In this document: positions 10,134 to 19,614 of the stretch, piece by piece
Layout of the letters: every line of letters starts with the position of its first letter
Numbering within the stretch: position 1 is the stretch's first letter
Origin: Candidatus Eremiobacteria bacterium
Lineage (GTDB): Bacteria; Vulcanimicrobiota; Vulcanimicrobiia; Vulcanimicrobiales; Vulcanimicrobiaceae
Assembly (NCBI GenBank): GCA_963737065.1
Contig: CAVTRC010000001.1
Location: 2,336,001-2,400,000, forward strand
Direction: 5' to 3'
Length of the DNA: 64,000 nucleotides
Program-made: the position numbers and the translations under genes
Notes under the pieces: generated by a model
Told to the model about the DNA's origin: nothing
Databases searched by the model: none
Seen by the model: the letters and a program-made list of their open reading frames with translations, nothing else

Positions 10134-10540
10134 AAACTCATCTGAATCTTGGAACGAGTAACCTCGATAAAAGCGTTTCGTTCTACTCGATCCTCTTGGG
10201 CGCAACACCGGCAAAAGTCCTCAGCGACTACGCGTTATTTATCACCGACGAACCCGGTTTAGAACTAGCGCTCGACCTCCGTGATTCCGTAACGCCCACG
10301 ACCGATACCCATTTCGGCATCTACGTCGAATCAGCCGATGACGTTGAGCGCGCCATCGAACGACTCAAAGCCAACGGCCTCATTGATTCTATAGAACATC
10401 AAGATACTTGCTGCTACGCAAATCAGACGAAGGTGTGGTCTTCCGATCCCGACGGCCGGCGCTGGGAAGTTTACACGGTTCACGAGGACACCGAAGAACG
10501 CGACACCGACGACACGCTTTGTTGTTGTTCCGCGAACTGA
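10130..10540 (+). CDS. arsI: ArsI/CadI family VOC metalloenzyme (organoarsenical C-As lyase-like)
   Basis: HFGI, TCCYANQTKVW, DPDGRRWEVY; ATGA-coupled to arsR. Confidence 0.8.
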   Translation: MKTHLNLGTSNLDKSVSFYSILLGATPAKVLSDYALFITDEPGLELALDLRDSVTPTTDTHFGIYVESADDVERAIERLKANGLIDSIEHQDTCCYANQTKVWSSDPDGRRWEVYTVHEDTEERDTDDTLCCCSAN

Positions 10541-10885
10541 TGAACCCGGGCCGCATGAAAAATTGGCCGGCGAACCCGGAAAGGTCTAAGAATGAATGAA
10601 GCGGTCTTGAATGGGGCTCATAAGGCGTGCCGTGATTCACTGAGGCTGTTCTAACGTCCGGTCTCTACGCACCAACGTCACCGGAAGACCGCCAAGAGCT
10701 GCGAATGCGACAATCAAATGTCACTAAGAGGCGTTCGTCATACCGGCGCGTCCTCGGCACGCGACCGCTACTGTTTCGCGCATTGTAAGCTCGACCTGAT
10801 TTACGTATGGCGGTTAGAAAAATGCTGCTATGCGAATCAAAACATCAAGTGACACATATAAAGAATTGAAACGCAATCGTCCCGT

Positions 10886-11224
10886 ATGAGAAACAAAATC
10901 GTTCAATCGGTGTGGGGCCTGATGGTGGTTGGCGCACTAATTGCTCTGACGTTTGCACCACCGCCGTTCGATCGTATCGCAAGCATCGCGTTCGTCACCA
11001 TCGCAACATTTCAAGTTGCCAGCGACGAAAGAGCGGATACCCGCTTCCTGGCGTTGGTGCTTCTCGCCGGCAGCGTCTTCATCGCCGTACGGTCGCTACA
11101 CTCGCGCGGCGTTCTCATGCAATACCTGGAGGCCAGCTACTTTCTGGTGCTTGGCGTCATACTTGTAGCGGTATACGCGCGAAAGCACAACGCAACCGCG
11201 TTGCCACCTACAGATCTGAAATGA
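10886..11224 (+). CDS. Hypothetical 4-TM membrane protein
   Basis: 112-aa hydrophobic ORF within the AT-richer stretch. Confidence 0.55.
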   Translation: MRNKIVQSVWGLMVVGALIALTFAPPPFDRIASIAFVTIATFQVASDERADTRFLALVLLAGSVFIAVRSLHSRGVLMQYLEASYFLVLGVILVAVYARKHNATALPPTDLK

Positions 11225-11294
11225 TTACTGAATAAATAGATTTCACGCGTGCGTTTTCCGAATTGGGTCACGAGGAGTCGCCGGAATTCGATGA

Positions 11295-11445
11295 CTTCAC
11301 GACTTACGGCATACTTGCGCTTCGAAGTTGCTTCGGGCGATGGTGCCCATCAACGTCGTAGCGAAACGGCTCGCGCACTCATCCTCGAACGTGACACTCG
11401 ACCGATATATCCACGTCCTCGAAGGGATGGATCAGAAAGGCGTTG
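11295..11445 (+). pseudogene. Tyrosine recombinase/integrase C-terminal remnant
   Basis: After TGA at 11292: LHDLRHTCASKLL...VVAKRLAHSSSNVTLDRYIHV (HxLRH, LGH-like, catalytic Y); no N-terminus. Confidence 0.85.
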
Positions 11446-11462
11446 CAAATTGTGGCGACCAT

Positions 11463-11550
11463 GGAGAGGTGGCAGAGCGGTTTAATGCAGCGGTCTTGAA
11501 AACCGCAGAACGTGTTGAGCGTTCCGAGGGTTCGAATCCCTCCCTCTCCT
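11463..11550 (+). tRNA. tRNA-Ser (anticodon TGA)
   Basis: GGAGAGG/CCTCTCC acceptor stem, GCGGT-CTTGAAA-ACCGC anticodon arm, long variable arm, GGTTCGAATCC T-arm; CCA not encoded. Confidence 0.95.
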
Positions 11551-11558
11551 TCGTTTCG

Positions 11559-12791
11559 TTAGGCCGATTCCGTACTCGTGCGTTTCGCACTTGCCAGCAT
11601 CGTAGCCGCAATCGCCGGGATCACACCGCAGAGTGAAAATAGCGCAACCGCGTGCCATGCCGCCGGGATGCCCGCGTTCTGCATGATTGCTTGAAAAATG
11701 GCGGGCGTCAGAATACCGGTCGCCATGACCCACGTCAAACCGAAGCCGAGCGCGCTACCCGCATGATTTTCGCCGCCGACTTCTGCCATCGCAACGACGG
11801 CGATACCGAACCAGCCTTCTGCTGAAATTCCAAGAAGAACTGCGACGCCGGCGAGCACTGAGATCGGTAAATTCCCAACGTCCGCAACAATAACTGCCGC
11901 CACCGCGCATAGCACGCACGTGATCGTTAACGGCGTCATGCGTCGTCCGTGGAATAAACGGTCGCTGATCCATCCCCAGGCAAGGCGTCCCGTCGCGGCG
12001 GCAAACTGCGTGATAACGAACACCAAACAGGCAAAGCTCGCCGAAACATGCAGCACGTGCACGAGCGTCCACGGAAAGAATCCCATCAGCGCGACTTGCG
12101 CGGCGAAAAGCACGATACTGACGAGCGTAATCAGGATTAGGCGCGGCTCCCGCCCCATACGCAAAATGTCTTTGAGCAGCACGCTCGCGCGTATTCGGCT
12201 GCCGTGGAGTTGCGGCGGTTCACGATAGAGCGCTGCCGCGCCGAGCGTGATGATGAGCACCAGTACGCCGAGCGCAACGAGCGCGCCACGATAGCCGTAG
12301 TAATCGGCGCCGATTGCAATGACGATTGCGCCGGCCACACCGCCGAGCGGCGTTCCCATCTGTCGTATGCCCATCGCGAGACCGCGCTCTTGCGGTTTAA
12401 AGAAGAACAGAATGGCGTGGCTACCCACAGGATTGATTGCGGCGAAGCCCATTCCGTAGATTGCGAACCACACGGCGAGCCAGGCAAAGCTCGGAACCGC
12501 GGCCGCTGCCAGCAACGCGCACCCCATGACGACGCCGCATGCAATGAGCACGGCTTTGTCGCCGAACCGATCCGTTGCGGCGCCGCTCACCGCGGTTGTC
12601 AGCGTCGCACCGAGCAGCAGCGCCGTGATCAAGACCGAGATGTGAGCGGTGTCGGTAGGAAATGCTTTCGAGACGTACGGAAGCAGCGCGCCGACGGCAA
12701 CGAGAATCATCGATGCAGCGACCATCGATGCGGTAAAGAGCCCGAGGATCTCGTAGCGCGACTCGGTCGGATGCGCCGTGTGGCGTAACAT
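11559..12791 (-). CDS. MFS transporter
   Basis: GAATDRFG, GWISDRLF motifs; 12 TM; GGAGGA RBS before ATG 12791. Confidence 0.9.
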   Translation of the reverse strand: MLRHTAHPTESRYEILGLFTASMVAASMILVAVGALLPYVSKAFPTDTAHISVLITALLLGATLTTAVSGAATDRFGDKAVLIACGVVMGCALLAAAAVPSFAWLAVWFAIYGMGFAAINPVGSHAILFFFKPQERGLAMGIRQMGTPLGGVAGAIVIAIGADYYGYRGALVALGVLVLIITLGAAALYREPPQLHGSRIRASVLLKDILRMGREPRLILITLVSIVLFAAQVALMGFFPWTLVHVLHVSASFACLVFVITQFAAATGRLAWGWISDRLFHGRRMTPLTITCVLCAVAAVIVADVGNLPISVLAGVAVLLGISAEGWFGIAVVAMAEVGGENHAGSALGFGLTWVMATGILTPAIFQAIMQNAGIPAAWHAVALFSLCGVIPAIAATMLASAKRTSTESA

Positions 12792-12911
12792 GCATGCTCC
12801 TCCGCGGGATGCTCGGAATGGCGTGCCGTTCGCCGCGCTTGGCGCGAGGCCCGCCCGCCAAAGCGCCCTCTGCAATTGCGAACGCAACGCTTTCGCGCTA
12901 TAAGCGTCGGT

Positions 12912-14030
12912 ATGCAGCTGCTTTGGACGCTCGTTCGCGCGATTGAAATTTCGGCCGCAATGGCGTGGGAAGTTGCGTGGAGTTTGGTACTGGGCTTCAC
13001 GCTCTCCGGGCTCGTGCAAGCGGTCGTTTCGAAACAACACATGCAGCGCGTGCTCGGGCGGAACGGTGCGCGCGAGACGGCGATTGCGACGCTCTACGGA
13101 GCGGCGAGTTCCAGCTGTTCGTATGCGGCGGCCGCGCTCAGTAAGACGCTTTTTAAAAAAGGCGCGGCCCTTATTCCGTCGCTCGCGTTCCTGTTTTCAT
13201 CGACGAATCTCGTGATCGAACTCGGGCTGATTCTGTGGTTTCTCATGGGCTGGCAATTCACCGCCGGTGAATGGATCGGCGGGGTAGTGCTTGTCATCGC
13301 GATGTCGCTGCTCGTGCGCGCCACGTATCCGAAACATCTTGTTGAAGAAGCACGCGCGCATGTCGACGGCACATCCGGACACGAGCATGGAGACAATACG
13401 GTCGACGGCACGACCCTGTGGGATCGTCTGCGTAATCCGCAAACGCCGGTCGTCGTCGCGCAAAACGCGGCGATGGATTGGTCGATGTTATGGAAAGATT
13501 TGCTCGCCGGTTTTATCGTTGCGGGCGTGCTTTCGGCGTTTGTGCCCGACACTTGGTGGAGTCATCTTTTCATCGGAACGGTAGGCGGCGCTCTCGTCGG
13601 TCCGCTCGTTGCGATCGTTACGTTCGTGTGTTCGATCGGTAACGTGCCGATGGCAGCCGTCTTGTGGGCCGGCGGTGCCGGCTTCGGCGGCGTCCTTGCG
13701 TTCCTGTACGGTGATCTCATCGTGCTGCCGCTGCTGGATATATATCGGAAATATTACGGCTGGCGAATGGCCGCGTATATCGCCGTAGTATTTTATGTGA
13801 CGATGGTCGCCTCGGCTTTACTCGTCGACGTTGCATTCAGCGCATTGCACCTCGTGCCCGCGCGTACGCAAGGCGGCTTCGCACTCGAAACCGCCTTTCG
13901 CATGAACTATACCTTTTGGTTGAATCTGGTCTTCGGCGCGCTCGCTCTATGGTTGTGGCAAATAAATCGCCGCCATCCGATGGAGCACGCGTGTCACGCG
14001 CACCATCACGAACATGGCATGGAGCACTAA
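12912..14030 (+). CDS. Permease (DUF318/ArsP-like), His-rich C-terminus
   Basis: SSSCSY, STNLVIELG, FVCSIGNVP motifs; CHAHHHEH tail. Confidence 0.8.
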   Translation: MQLLWTLVRAIEISAAMAWEVAWSLVLGFTLSGLVQAVVSKQHMQRVLGRNGARETAIATLYGAASSSCSYAAAALSKTLFKKGAALIPSLAFLFSSTNLVIELGLILWFLMGWQFTAGEWIGGVVLVIAMSLLVRATYPKHLVEEARAHVDGTSGHEHGDNTVDGTTLWDRLRNPQTPVVVAQNAAMDWSMLWKDLLAGFIVAGVLSAFVPDTWWSHLFIGTVGGALVGPLVAIVTFVCSIGNVPMAAVLWAGGAGFGGVLAFLYGDLIVLPLLDIYRKYYGWRMAAYIAVVFYVTMVASALLVDVAFSALHLVPARTQGGFALETAFRMNYTFWLNLVFGALALWLWQINRRHPMEHACHAHHHEHGMEH

Positions 14031-14374
14031 CGCCCCTCTTCGCGATCTTGTTGTTCGATCGATGTTCGGCGTTCATCGAGGATGAAGCGATTGGCGTTTT
14101 CGCGTTGCTCGTCGGAAACGTGCTCGTCGAAATATTTAATCAACGCTTCGTCGCCCGCGCCTTCGCGAATGAGATGATCGAAGTCGCCTTCGCTGACGCC
14201 GACACGCTTTAAAAAGCCGAGCGAGAGCGGGCAGTATGCAACGTAGTCGCCGTGGGTCCCGGCAGCCTCTGCGCGGGCTTTGTCAGCTAAACGCGCGAGC
14301 CACGCGTAGCGCCCGAGCGTCTCTTTTCCGCTACGCGGCGGCGAGGTTCGGAGATCCGGTGTTGTAGTAGCCAT
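14027..14374 (-). CDS. DUF5069-like small protein
   Basis: DLRTSPPRS...LGRYAWLARLADKARA...YCPL pattern. Confidence 0.65.
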   Translation of the reverse strand: MATTTPDLRTSPPRSGKETLGRYAWLARLADKARAEAAGTHGDYVAYCPLSLGFLKRVGVSEGDFDHLIREGAGDEALIKYFDEHVSDEQRENANRFILDERRTSIEQQDREEGR

Positions 14375-14376
14375 TT

Positions 14377-15273
14377 CTACGCTATTCCCGTCAACTCGTT
14401 GTTTAGTGCAATCGCGGCTCGCGCGCCGCTCGCGGCCGCGAACGCAATTTGATGGAGATGCGTTACCGCATCGCCGATCGCATAGACGCCGGGAACGTTC
14501 GTGCGATACTCGCCGTCAACGTCAACGTGACCTCGCTCGGTTAACCGGCAGCCAAGAGTTTCCGCTAAGCCGCAACACTGCATGAGGTTTACGTTCATGA
14601 AGAGCGCGTTGCGTTCTACCGAATCGCCGTCTTCGAATTCGATTCGCTGCAGCAGTCCGTCGCGCTCACGAAGCCGCCGGATCGGCGCTTGTTTCACCTG
14701 AACGGAGTTACGAGCGAGCCAATCACGATCGTCATCGGATATCGGCGTCGCGACGTCCGCGCAAACCACGATGTCGTGACTCCATTGAAAAAGCTCTTGC
14801 GCGAGACCGACGCCGCTTCGCGTGTTGCCCCACACGGCGATCGGGCGGTCGCGCACTTCCCAACCGTCGCAATAGGGACAAACAAACGCGCTGAGGCCCC
14901 AGCAGCGATCGAGTCCTTCTATTTCCGGCAGCTTGTCGCGCATGCCGGTCGCAAGAACGAGCCGCCGCGCGTGCACGCGTTCGCCGTCGTCGGTGACAGC
15001 CACAAATCCGTCGCCGGTGATCTCCGCATCCGAGACTGACGCGGCATAGAACGTCACGCCGTCATACTGCGCCAATTGAGCGCGCGCTTCTTCGAGCAAT
15101 TGTGCGGGCCCAATGCCGTCGCGAGACAAGAAGCCATGCGACTCCCGCGCCGGTAAGTTGCGTGGCTGGCCCTTATCCAGCACAACCACAGAGCGTCGAG
15201 CGCGACCCAACACTAACGCACATTGTAGGCCGGCGGGCCCGCCTCCCACGATTGCGACCTCGTACGTCGTCAT
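14377..15273 (-). CDS. NAD(P)/FAD-dependent oxidoreductase (thioredoxin reductase-like)
   Basis: IVGGGPAGL, LATG, CPYCDGWE, TNVPGVYAIGD. Confidence 0.9.
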   Translation of the reverse strand: MTTYEVAIVGGGPAGLQCALVLGRARRSVVVLDKGQPRNLPARESHGFLSRDGIGPAQLLEEARAQLAQYDGVTFYAASVSDAEITGDGFVAVTDDGERVHARRLVLATGMRDKLPEIEGLDRCWGLSAFVCPYCDGWEVRDRPIAVWGNTRSGVGLAQELFQWSHDIVVCADVATPISDDDRDWLARNSVQVKQAPIRRLRERDGLLQRIEFEDGDSVERNALFMNVNLMQCCGLAETLGCRLTERGHVDVDGEYRTNVPGVYAIGDAVTHLHQIAFAAASGARAAIALNNELTGIA

Positions 15274-15397
15274 TCGCGAGTTCTACCCATAGCTCAGCGA
15301 GCGAACGGTCAATCTTTGCGTGCGCGGAGAAAACGGGTAAGGGCGTATGTGCATGAGGTTTTACCTTTCACTTAAACTCGGGGAGCGCATTAAAAGC

Positions 15398-16090
15398 ATG
15401 AATCAAACGTTTTTCGCACGCAGCGTCGCTGCGGCAACCGTGGTAGGAATGCTTGCGGTTTCCGCTCCGGCGTCCGCGCAGACGACGCAGGGAACGCCTA
15501 CGAACCCGAGCGCGACGAGTACCCAAGGAACGCAAGGAACGACCACCGATCAACAATCGCAAGGTCAAACACCGAGTACGCAGACGACGCAAGGCCAGCA
15601 ACCGGTCGACCAAACCAACAAAGGTGTCGCGACGCCTGCGCAATGCGGAGCATCGTCGCCCGCCGATACGAACAAAAATAACGGCAGCAAAGGCACCCAG
15701 CCGGTCGAAAGCAGCGGCGCGGCATCGAATGCACCGTCGGGCGCGACGACTTCGGGCGCGGGCACATCGAACACCGACAACGCCGACTGTCCTTCAGGCG
15801 GCACGACGTCTGCACCGGGCAGCATGAGCACCGGCGGCTACCACTCTGCGCCGAACGGTCAGCCCACGAACAGCACGCCGTCGAATACGACGACCACGAC
15901 GAATTCGCGCGATATGAACAACATGTCGATGCCGATGACGTCGGGACAGAGCACGATGACAAACACGCTGCGCGACAATCCGAACGGTTCGAATTGGCTC
16001 CAGAAGTTCAACCGTCCGAGCGTTGCAGCATCGAATCGCCACCATCACACGAATGCACTCGGTACGACGACTCATCCTCCTAAGCCATAA
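15398..16090 (+). CDS. Secreted low-complexity T/S/Q/G/N-rich protein
   Basis: Signal peptide ending APASA-Q; disordered composition. Confidence 0.65.
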   Translation: MNQTFFARSVAAATVVGMLAVSAPASAQTTQGTPTNPSATSTQGTQGTTTDQQSQGQTPSTQTTQGQQPVDQTNKGVATPAQCGASSPADTNKNNGSKGTQPVESSGAASNAPSGATTSGAGTSNTDNADCPSGGTTSAPGSMSTGGYHSAPNGQPTNSTPSNTTTTTNSRDMNNMSMPMTSGQSTMTNTLRDNPNGSNWLQKFNRPSVAASNRHHHTNALGTTTHPPKP

Positions 16091-16125
16091 CGAGATATAG
16101 ATCGACGTGACCAACGAAAAGGCTC

Positions 16126-17049
16126 TCAGCTCTTCGCTGAGAGCCTTTCACGTCCGTGCGCTGATTGCAAATATTGCAACGGTCCGATCGGGACGATACG
16201 CGTCGGATTGATATCGTCGTGCGTCATGTAATAATGACGTTTGATGTGATCGAAATCGACGGTTTGCGCAATGCCGGGTACCTGGTAGAGGTCGCGTAAG
16301 TATCCGTAGAGGTTCGGATAATCGACGATGCGGCGAAGATTGCATTTGAAGTGACCGTAATAGACGGGATCGAAGCGGATCAACGTGACGAAGAGGCGCC
16401 AGTCAGTCTCAACCGGATGTGGACCGAAGAGATACCGCCGCGTCGCCAGACGCTGTTCGAGTTCATCGAGCGTCGCAAACACGCGGTAAGCAGCCTCTTC
16501 ATAGACCTCTTGCGCGGTTGCGAAGCCGGCGCGATAGACCCCGTCGTTAACCGTTTCGTAGATCACTGCATTGAGTGCATCGATTTCGGTCCGTAGATCG
16601 TAGGGATACAGATCCGGCAGCGGATCTCCGATCGCATTGAACTCCGTTTCGAACATACGCATGATATCGTCGTCGGAATTGCTCACGACGCGCTTCGTCT
16701 CCAGATCCCAGAGGACAGGAACGGTGACACGGCCGCGATACCGCGGTTCGCTCGCGAGGTACAGCTCGCTTAAAAAATGCGCGCCGTATCGCCATCCGCG
16801 TTCGTCGCGAATCGGATCCACGATCGTCATCGGGATCGCAGGTTCCAGGCGCTTGAGTTTGCGCGCAATGATCGTACGGTGTGCCCAAGGACAGGCTAGC
16901 GAAACGTACAATTGATAGCGCCCCGCGACGGCGCGAAATCCCGAGCTTCCATCGGCGCTCACCCAACTGCGAAAACGATCTTGTTGGCGGACGAACCGGC
17001 CGTCTTCGGATTGTTCCGCGGGGAATTGTGCTTTCGCCGGTGTTTCCAT
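16126..17049 (-). CDS. Glutathionyl-hydroquinone reductase (YqjG/ECM4, GST xi class)
   Basis: YVSLACPWAHR, TVPVLWD, GVYRAGFA, HFKCN, HIKRHYY, NPTRIVPIGP. Confidence 0.92.
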   Translation of the reverse strand: METPAKAQFPAEQSEDGRFVRQQDRFRSWVSADGSSGFRAVAGRYQLYVSLACPWAHRTIIARKLKRLEPAIPMTIVDPIRDERGWRYGAHFLSELYLASEPRYRGRVTVPVLWDLETKRVVSNSDDDIMRMFETEFNAIGDPLPDLYPYDLRTEIDALNAVIYETVNDGVYRAGFATAQEVYEEAAYRVFATLDELEQRLATRRYLFGPHPVETDWRLFVTLIRFDPVYYGHFKCNLRRIVDYPNLYGYLRDLYQVPGIAQTVDFDHIKRHYYMTHDDINPTRIVPIGPLQYLQSAHGRERLSAKS

Positions 17050-17136
17050 ACGCTGTTCAATTGGCAGACGTTGGGGGAAGTTGCTTTCGCGCACCTAAAA
17101 ACGGCGTAGCCGAAACTCTTTTCCAGGGAGGCTCGC

Positions 17137-17703
17137 TTGCTCAAGGGCTTTGTTCTCGGCATCGTTGCCGTCATCGTGATCGGGCTGATTGCGGCGTATG
17201 TCGGCATCACGCAGGGCCTCCTGATTCCAGCGAACGCCGACGCGCGCCCGGGCAAAATGGAAACGTGGGCGGCTCGCGTGTCGCTGCGCGCGACCTTGCG
17301 GCGACAAGCCTCGCGCAGTCCGAATCCCTTGCCGACGTCAATGCCCAATCTGCTCGACGGCATCAAATTGTACGGCGAAAACTGTTCGGTTTGCCATGGT
17401 GTTGCGGACGGACGCGCGAGCACGATTGCGCGCGGGCTCTATCAAAACGCGCCGCAACTCGCCAAAGACGGCGTGGAAGATGATCCGGACGGTATTACGT
17501 ATTGGAAGATCTATCACGGCATCCGGTTGACCGGTATGCCGTCATTCGGGGCAGCGCTTTCCGACAATCAAATCTGGGCACTTTCGCTCTTTCTGAAACA
17601 CATGGATAAACTTCCGCCGCAAGCAGAACGAGCGTGGAAGAATTTGAAAAATCCCGCACCGGCTGCGCCGGCGAGCGAGCACTCAAAGAAAGGCGGGCAG
17701 TAA
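17137..17703 (+). CDS. Membrane-anchored c-type cytochrome
   Basis: N-terminal TM helix, CSVCHG, GIRLTGMPSF. Confidence 0.88.
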   Translation: MLKGFVLGIVAVIVIGLIAAYVGITQGLLIPANADARPGKMETWAARVSLRATLRRQASRSPNPLPTSMPNLLDGIKLYGENCSVCHGVADGRASTIARGLYQNAPQLAKDGVEDDPDGITYWKIYHGIRLTGMPSFGAALSDNQIWALSLFLKHMDKLPPQAERAWKNLKNPAPAAPASEHSKKGGQ

Positions 17704-17734
17704 GTTGCTGATCGATGCGAGAACCGAAACACAT

Positions 17735-18667
17735 ATGCTAGACGTGGAACGGCTCGATCTGCGCGGGTTGCCCGTGTGGGAGCGTCCGACGCGCGTGCTC
17801 GACGTTTTCGACCGCTTGCCGCCGGGGCAAGCCGTCGTGTTCATCACCGAAAACGAGCCGCGTGGTCTAGGCACGCGCATCGAAGAGTCGCGCAAGCATG
17901 AATTGATTCTCGATACCCGGCGCGTCGGCGATCGTGAATGGCACGTCGTAATGACGCGAGCAGCCGTTGAGACCGATGCGCCCTCGCCGATGGGAATTCT
18001 CAAACGCTCACGCGTGTTCTCTCATCTCGACGAGGTCTCGCGTAGCAAGCTCGCCGCCGTTGCCACGCTGCATACCTCGCGCCGCGGACAGACCGTCGTC
18101 ATGGAAAACAGCGATTGGCCCTTCATCGGCGTCGCATTCGAAGGCGTCTTCGCGCTCGCGAGCCGGAACGGCACGTCACGCCAGCGGATCTTCCACGAAA
18201 TTTTTCCGTACGAAGTCTTCGGTGAACTCGAACTCTTCGACGGCGCGCCGACGATCGGACGCATCATCGTGCTTTCGAAAGCTGCGCGCTACTTGCGCTT
18301 GCCGAACGATGCCGTGTTGCAAATTGCCGAGCATTCGCCGAAGCTCTACGAGGCACTCGGCCGCGTTGCGGCGCAACACGCGCGCGACCTCGCCGAGTTG
18401 CTCGTCAATCAGAACACGATGCCGATCATCGCGCGTATCGCACAGGTGTTGCTGCCGTACGCAATGCCCGAGAAGGGACTGAGCGCGGCAATGCCGCCGC
18501 TCCCGAACATGACGCAGGCGCAGATCGCAGCGGCGGCCGGAACGGTAAAGGAAGTTGCTGCACGCGCGATCGCGGAGCTCGAATCGAAGAATTTACTCCG
18601 TCGCGAACGGGGGCATGTCCGGTATCTCGATCGTCAGGGCTTGATCGATCTGATACGCGAGTCGTAA
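17735..18667 (+). CDS. Crp/Fnr regulator with N-terminal DUF2249-like domain (alternative TTG start at 17705)
   Basis: LDLRGLPVWER...LPPGQ...ENEPRGL; FGELELF; MTQAQIAAAAGTVKEVAARAI HTH. Confidence 0.8.
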   Translation: MLDVERLDLRGLPVWERPTRVLDVFDRLPPGQAVVFITENEPRGLGTRIEESRKHELILDTRRVGDREWHVVMTRAAVETDAPSPMGILKRSRVFSHLDEVSRSKLAAVATLHTSRRGQTVVMENSDWPFIGVAFEGVFALASRNGTSRQRIFHEIFPYEVFGELELFDGAPTIGRIIVLSKAARYLRLPNDAVLQIAEHSPKLYEALGRVAAQHARDLAELLVNQNTMPIIARIAQVLLPYAMPEKGLSAAMPPLPNMTQAQIAAAAGTVKEVAARAIAELESKNLLRRERGHVRYLDRQGLIDLIRES

Positions 18668-18679
18668 GGCCGCCGCCAA

Positions 18680-19438
18680 TCACCGCGGTTCGCGAGGTTT
18701 CGAGAGACCCAACCAAAACGTTTCAACGCCCGCGAGCATCACTGCGCCCGCGCGGATGAAACGTGCCGGCGAGAATCGCGGCTTTGCAAACGCGGCCGCG
18801 AGTTCGTCATCGGTGTGCGCAGCGTGCTGGTCCTCGAGCGCGTCGTGCCATGTCCAGAATCCCAGCGGGAGATCGGGCCGGCGCGTCGCTTTGATCGTGC
18901 GAAGGCCAAGAATCAACTGTTTCCAAAATCCGGCCGCCGCCCAATGTTCGATCGCGTACGACGCGCCGGCAGCAGTTGATTCATCGTGCGAGCCATACCA
19001 TTCCAGAAGCGTGTCGCAGAACGCGAGCGTCTCGGCCGAACCGTGTTCGCGTTTGCCGATCTCCTTCCACGTCAACCCGATCGATTCGGCGAATTGCACG
19101 AGCCATTCGAAGTGTCCGGCTTGAAACCTGAACGTGCCGCCTTCCACCGATCCGGTCGGCGAGAAGCCGACGCCGAGCTCATTCAGCAAAATCTCTTTGC
19201 CCGCGTGGTAACTCTCGAGGTCCGGTGCGTTGATGCACTTGCGCAATTGCGCCTCGATGAAGAGATGACTGAAGACTGAGAATTGCACCGTGAAGTGGCG
19301 CAGTTCGTCGTCGCTCGCGGCGCCCGTCGCAAACCACTCCGTGTACGGATTATGCTGTACGATCGGATGCGCTCCGATTTCCTCGTCGACGGCGCATCGA
19401 AACGCGTCGACTGCTGATGTGGGCGCTGCTGCGATCAT
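18680..19438 (-). CDS. Heme-oxygenase-like diiron (HDO; PqqC/TenA/CADD-fold) redox enzyme
   Basis: NELG...HFEWL, YAIEH, FWTWHDALEDQHAAH ligand pattern; AGGAG RBS before ATG 19438. Confidence 0.75.
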   Translation of the reverse strand: MIAAAPTSAVDAFRCAVDEEIGAHPIVQHNPYTEWFATGAASDDELRHFTVQFSVFSHLFIEAQLRKCINAPDLESYHAGKEILLNELGVGFSPTGSVEGGTFRFQAGHFEWLVQFAESIGLTWKEIGKREHGSAETLAFCDTLLEWYGSHDESTAAGASYAIEHWAAAGFWKQLILGLRTIKATRRPDLPLGFWTWHDALEDQHAAHTDDELAAAFAKPRFSPARFIRAGAVMLAGVETFWLGLSKPREPR

Positions 19439-19469
19439 GATCGATCTCCTGGTACAAAACAAGAGCAAT

Positions 19470-19500
19470 AAAAAAGCCGCCTCGCTGTCGGCGAGGCGGC
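19470..19500 (-). terminator. Intrinsic terminator in the leader of the HDO gene (attenuator)
   Basis: GCCGCCTCGC-CGACA-GCGAGGCGGC-TTTTTT on the minus strand, 31 nt upstream of the start codon. Confidence 0.85.
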
Positions 19501-19524
19501 GTGTGTTCTAGCGGACGGTATTCG

Positions 19525-19602
19525 CTAAGACAACGGCAACCTGCAGCCGACTTCATCGAAGCGGCTGTAATAATACGAAACGGTTGCGGGCTGTCTGGAC
19601 AT
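19525..19602 (-). CDS. Putative Tyr-rich leader peptide MSRQPATVSYYYSRFDEVGCRLPLS
   Basis: Manual translation; tandem TAT TAT TAC; located between promoter and terminator. Confidence 0.7.
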   Translation of the reverse strand: MSRQPATVSYYYSRFDEVGCRLPLS

Positions 19603-19614
19603 GGTTTAGCGAGG

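Larger units (their letters stand above)
10578..11500 (+). mobile_element. Decayed integrative element bounded by a tRNA-Ser 5'-half repeat
   Basis: AATGAAGCGGTCTTGAA (10595-10611) vs tRNA AATGCAGCGGTCTTGAA (11484-11500); integrase remnant inside; visibly more AT-rich. Confidence 0.6.

Noticed and set aside
11328..11636. 102-aa ORF as an intact gene
   Set aside because: It is the integrase remnant reading through the tRNA-Ser gene.
19525..19602. Leader peptide as a PqqA precursor
   Set aside because: No ExxxY core and no pqqB/D/E genes nearby.
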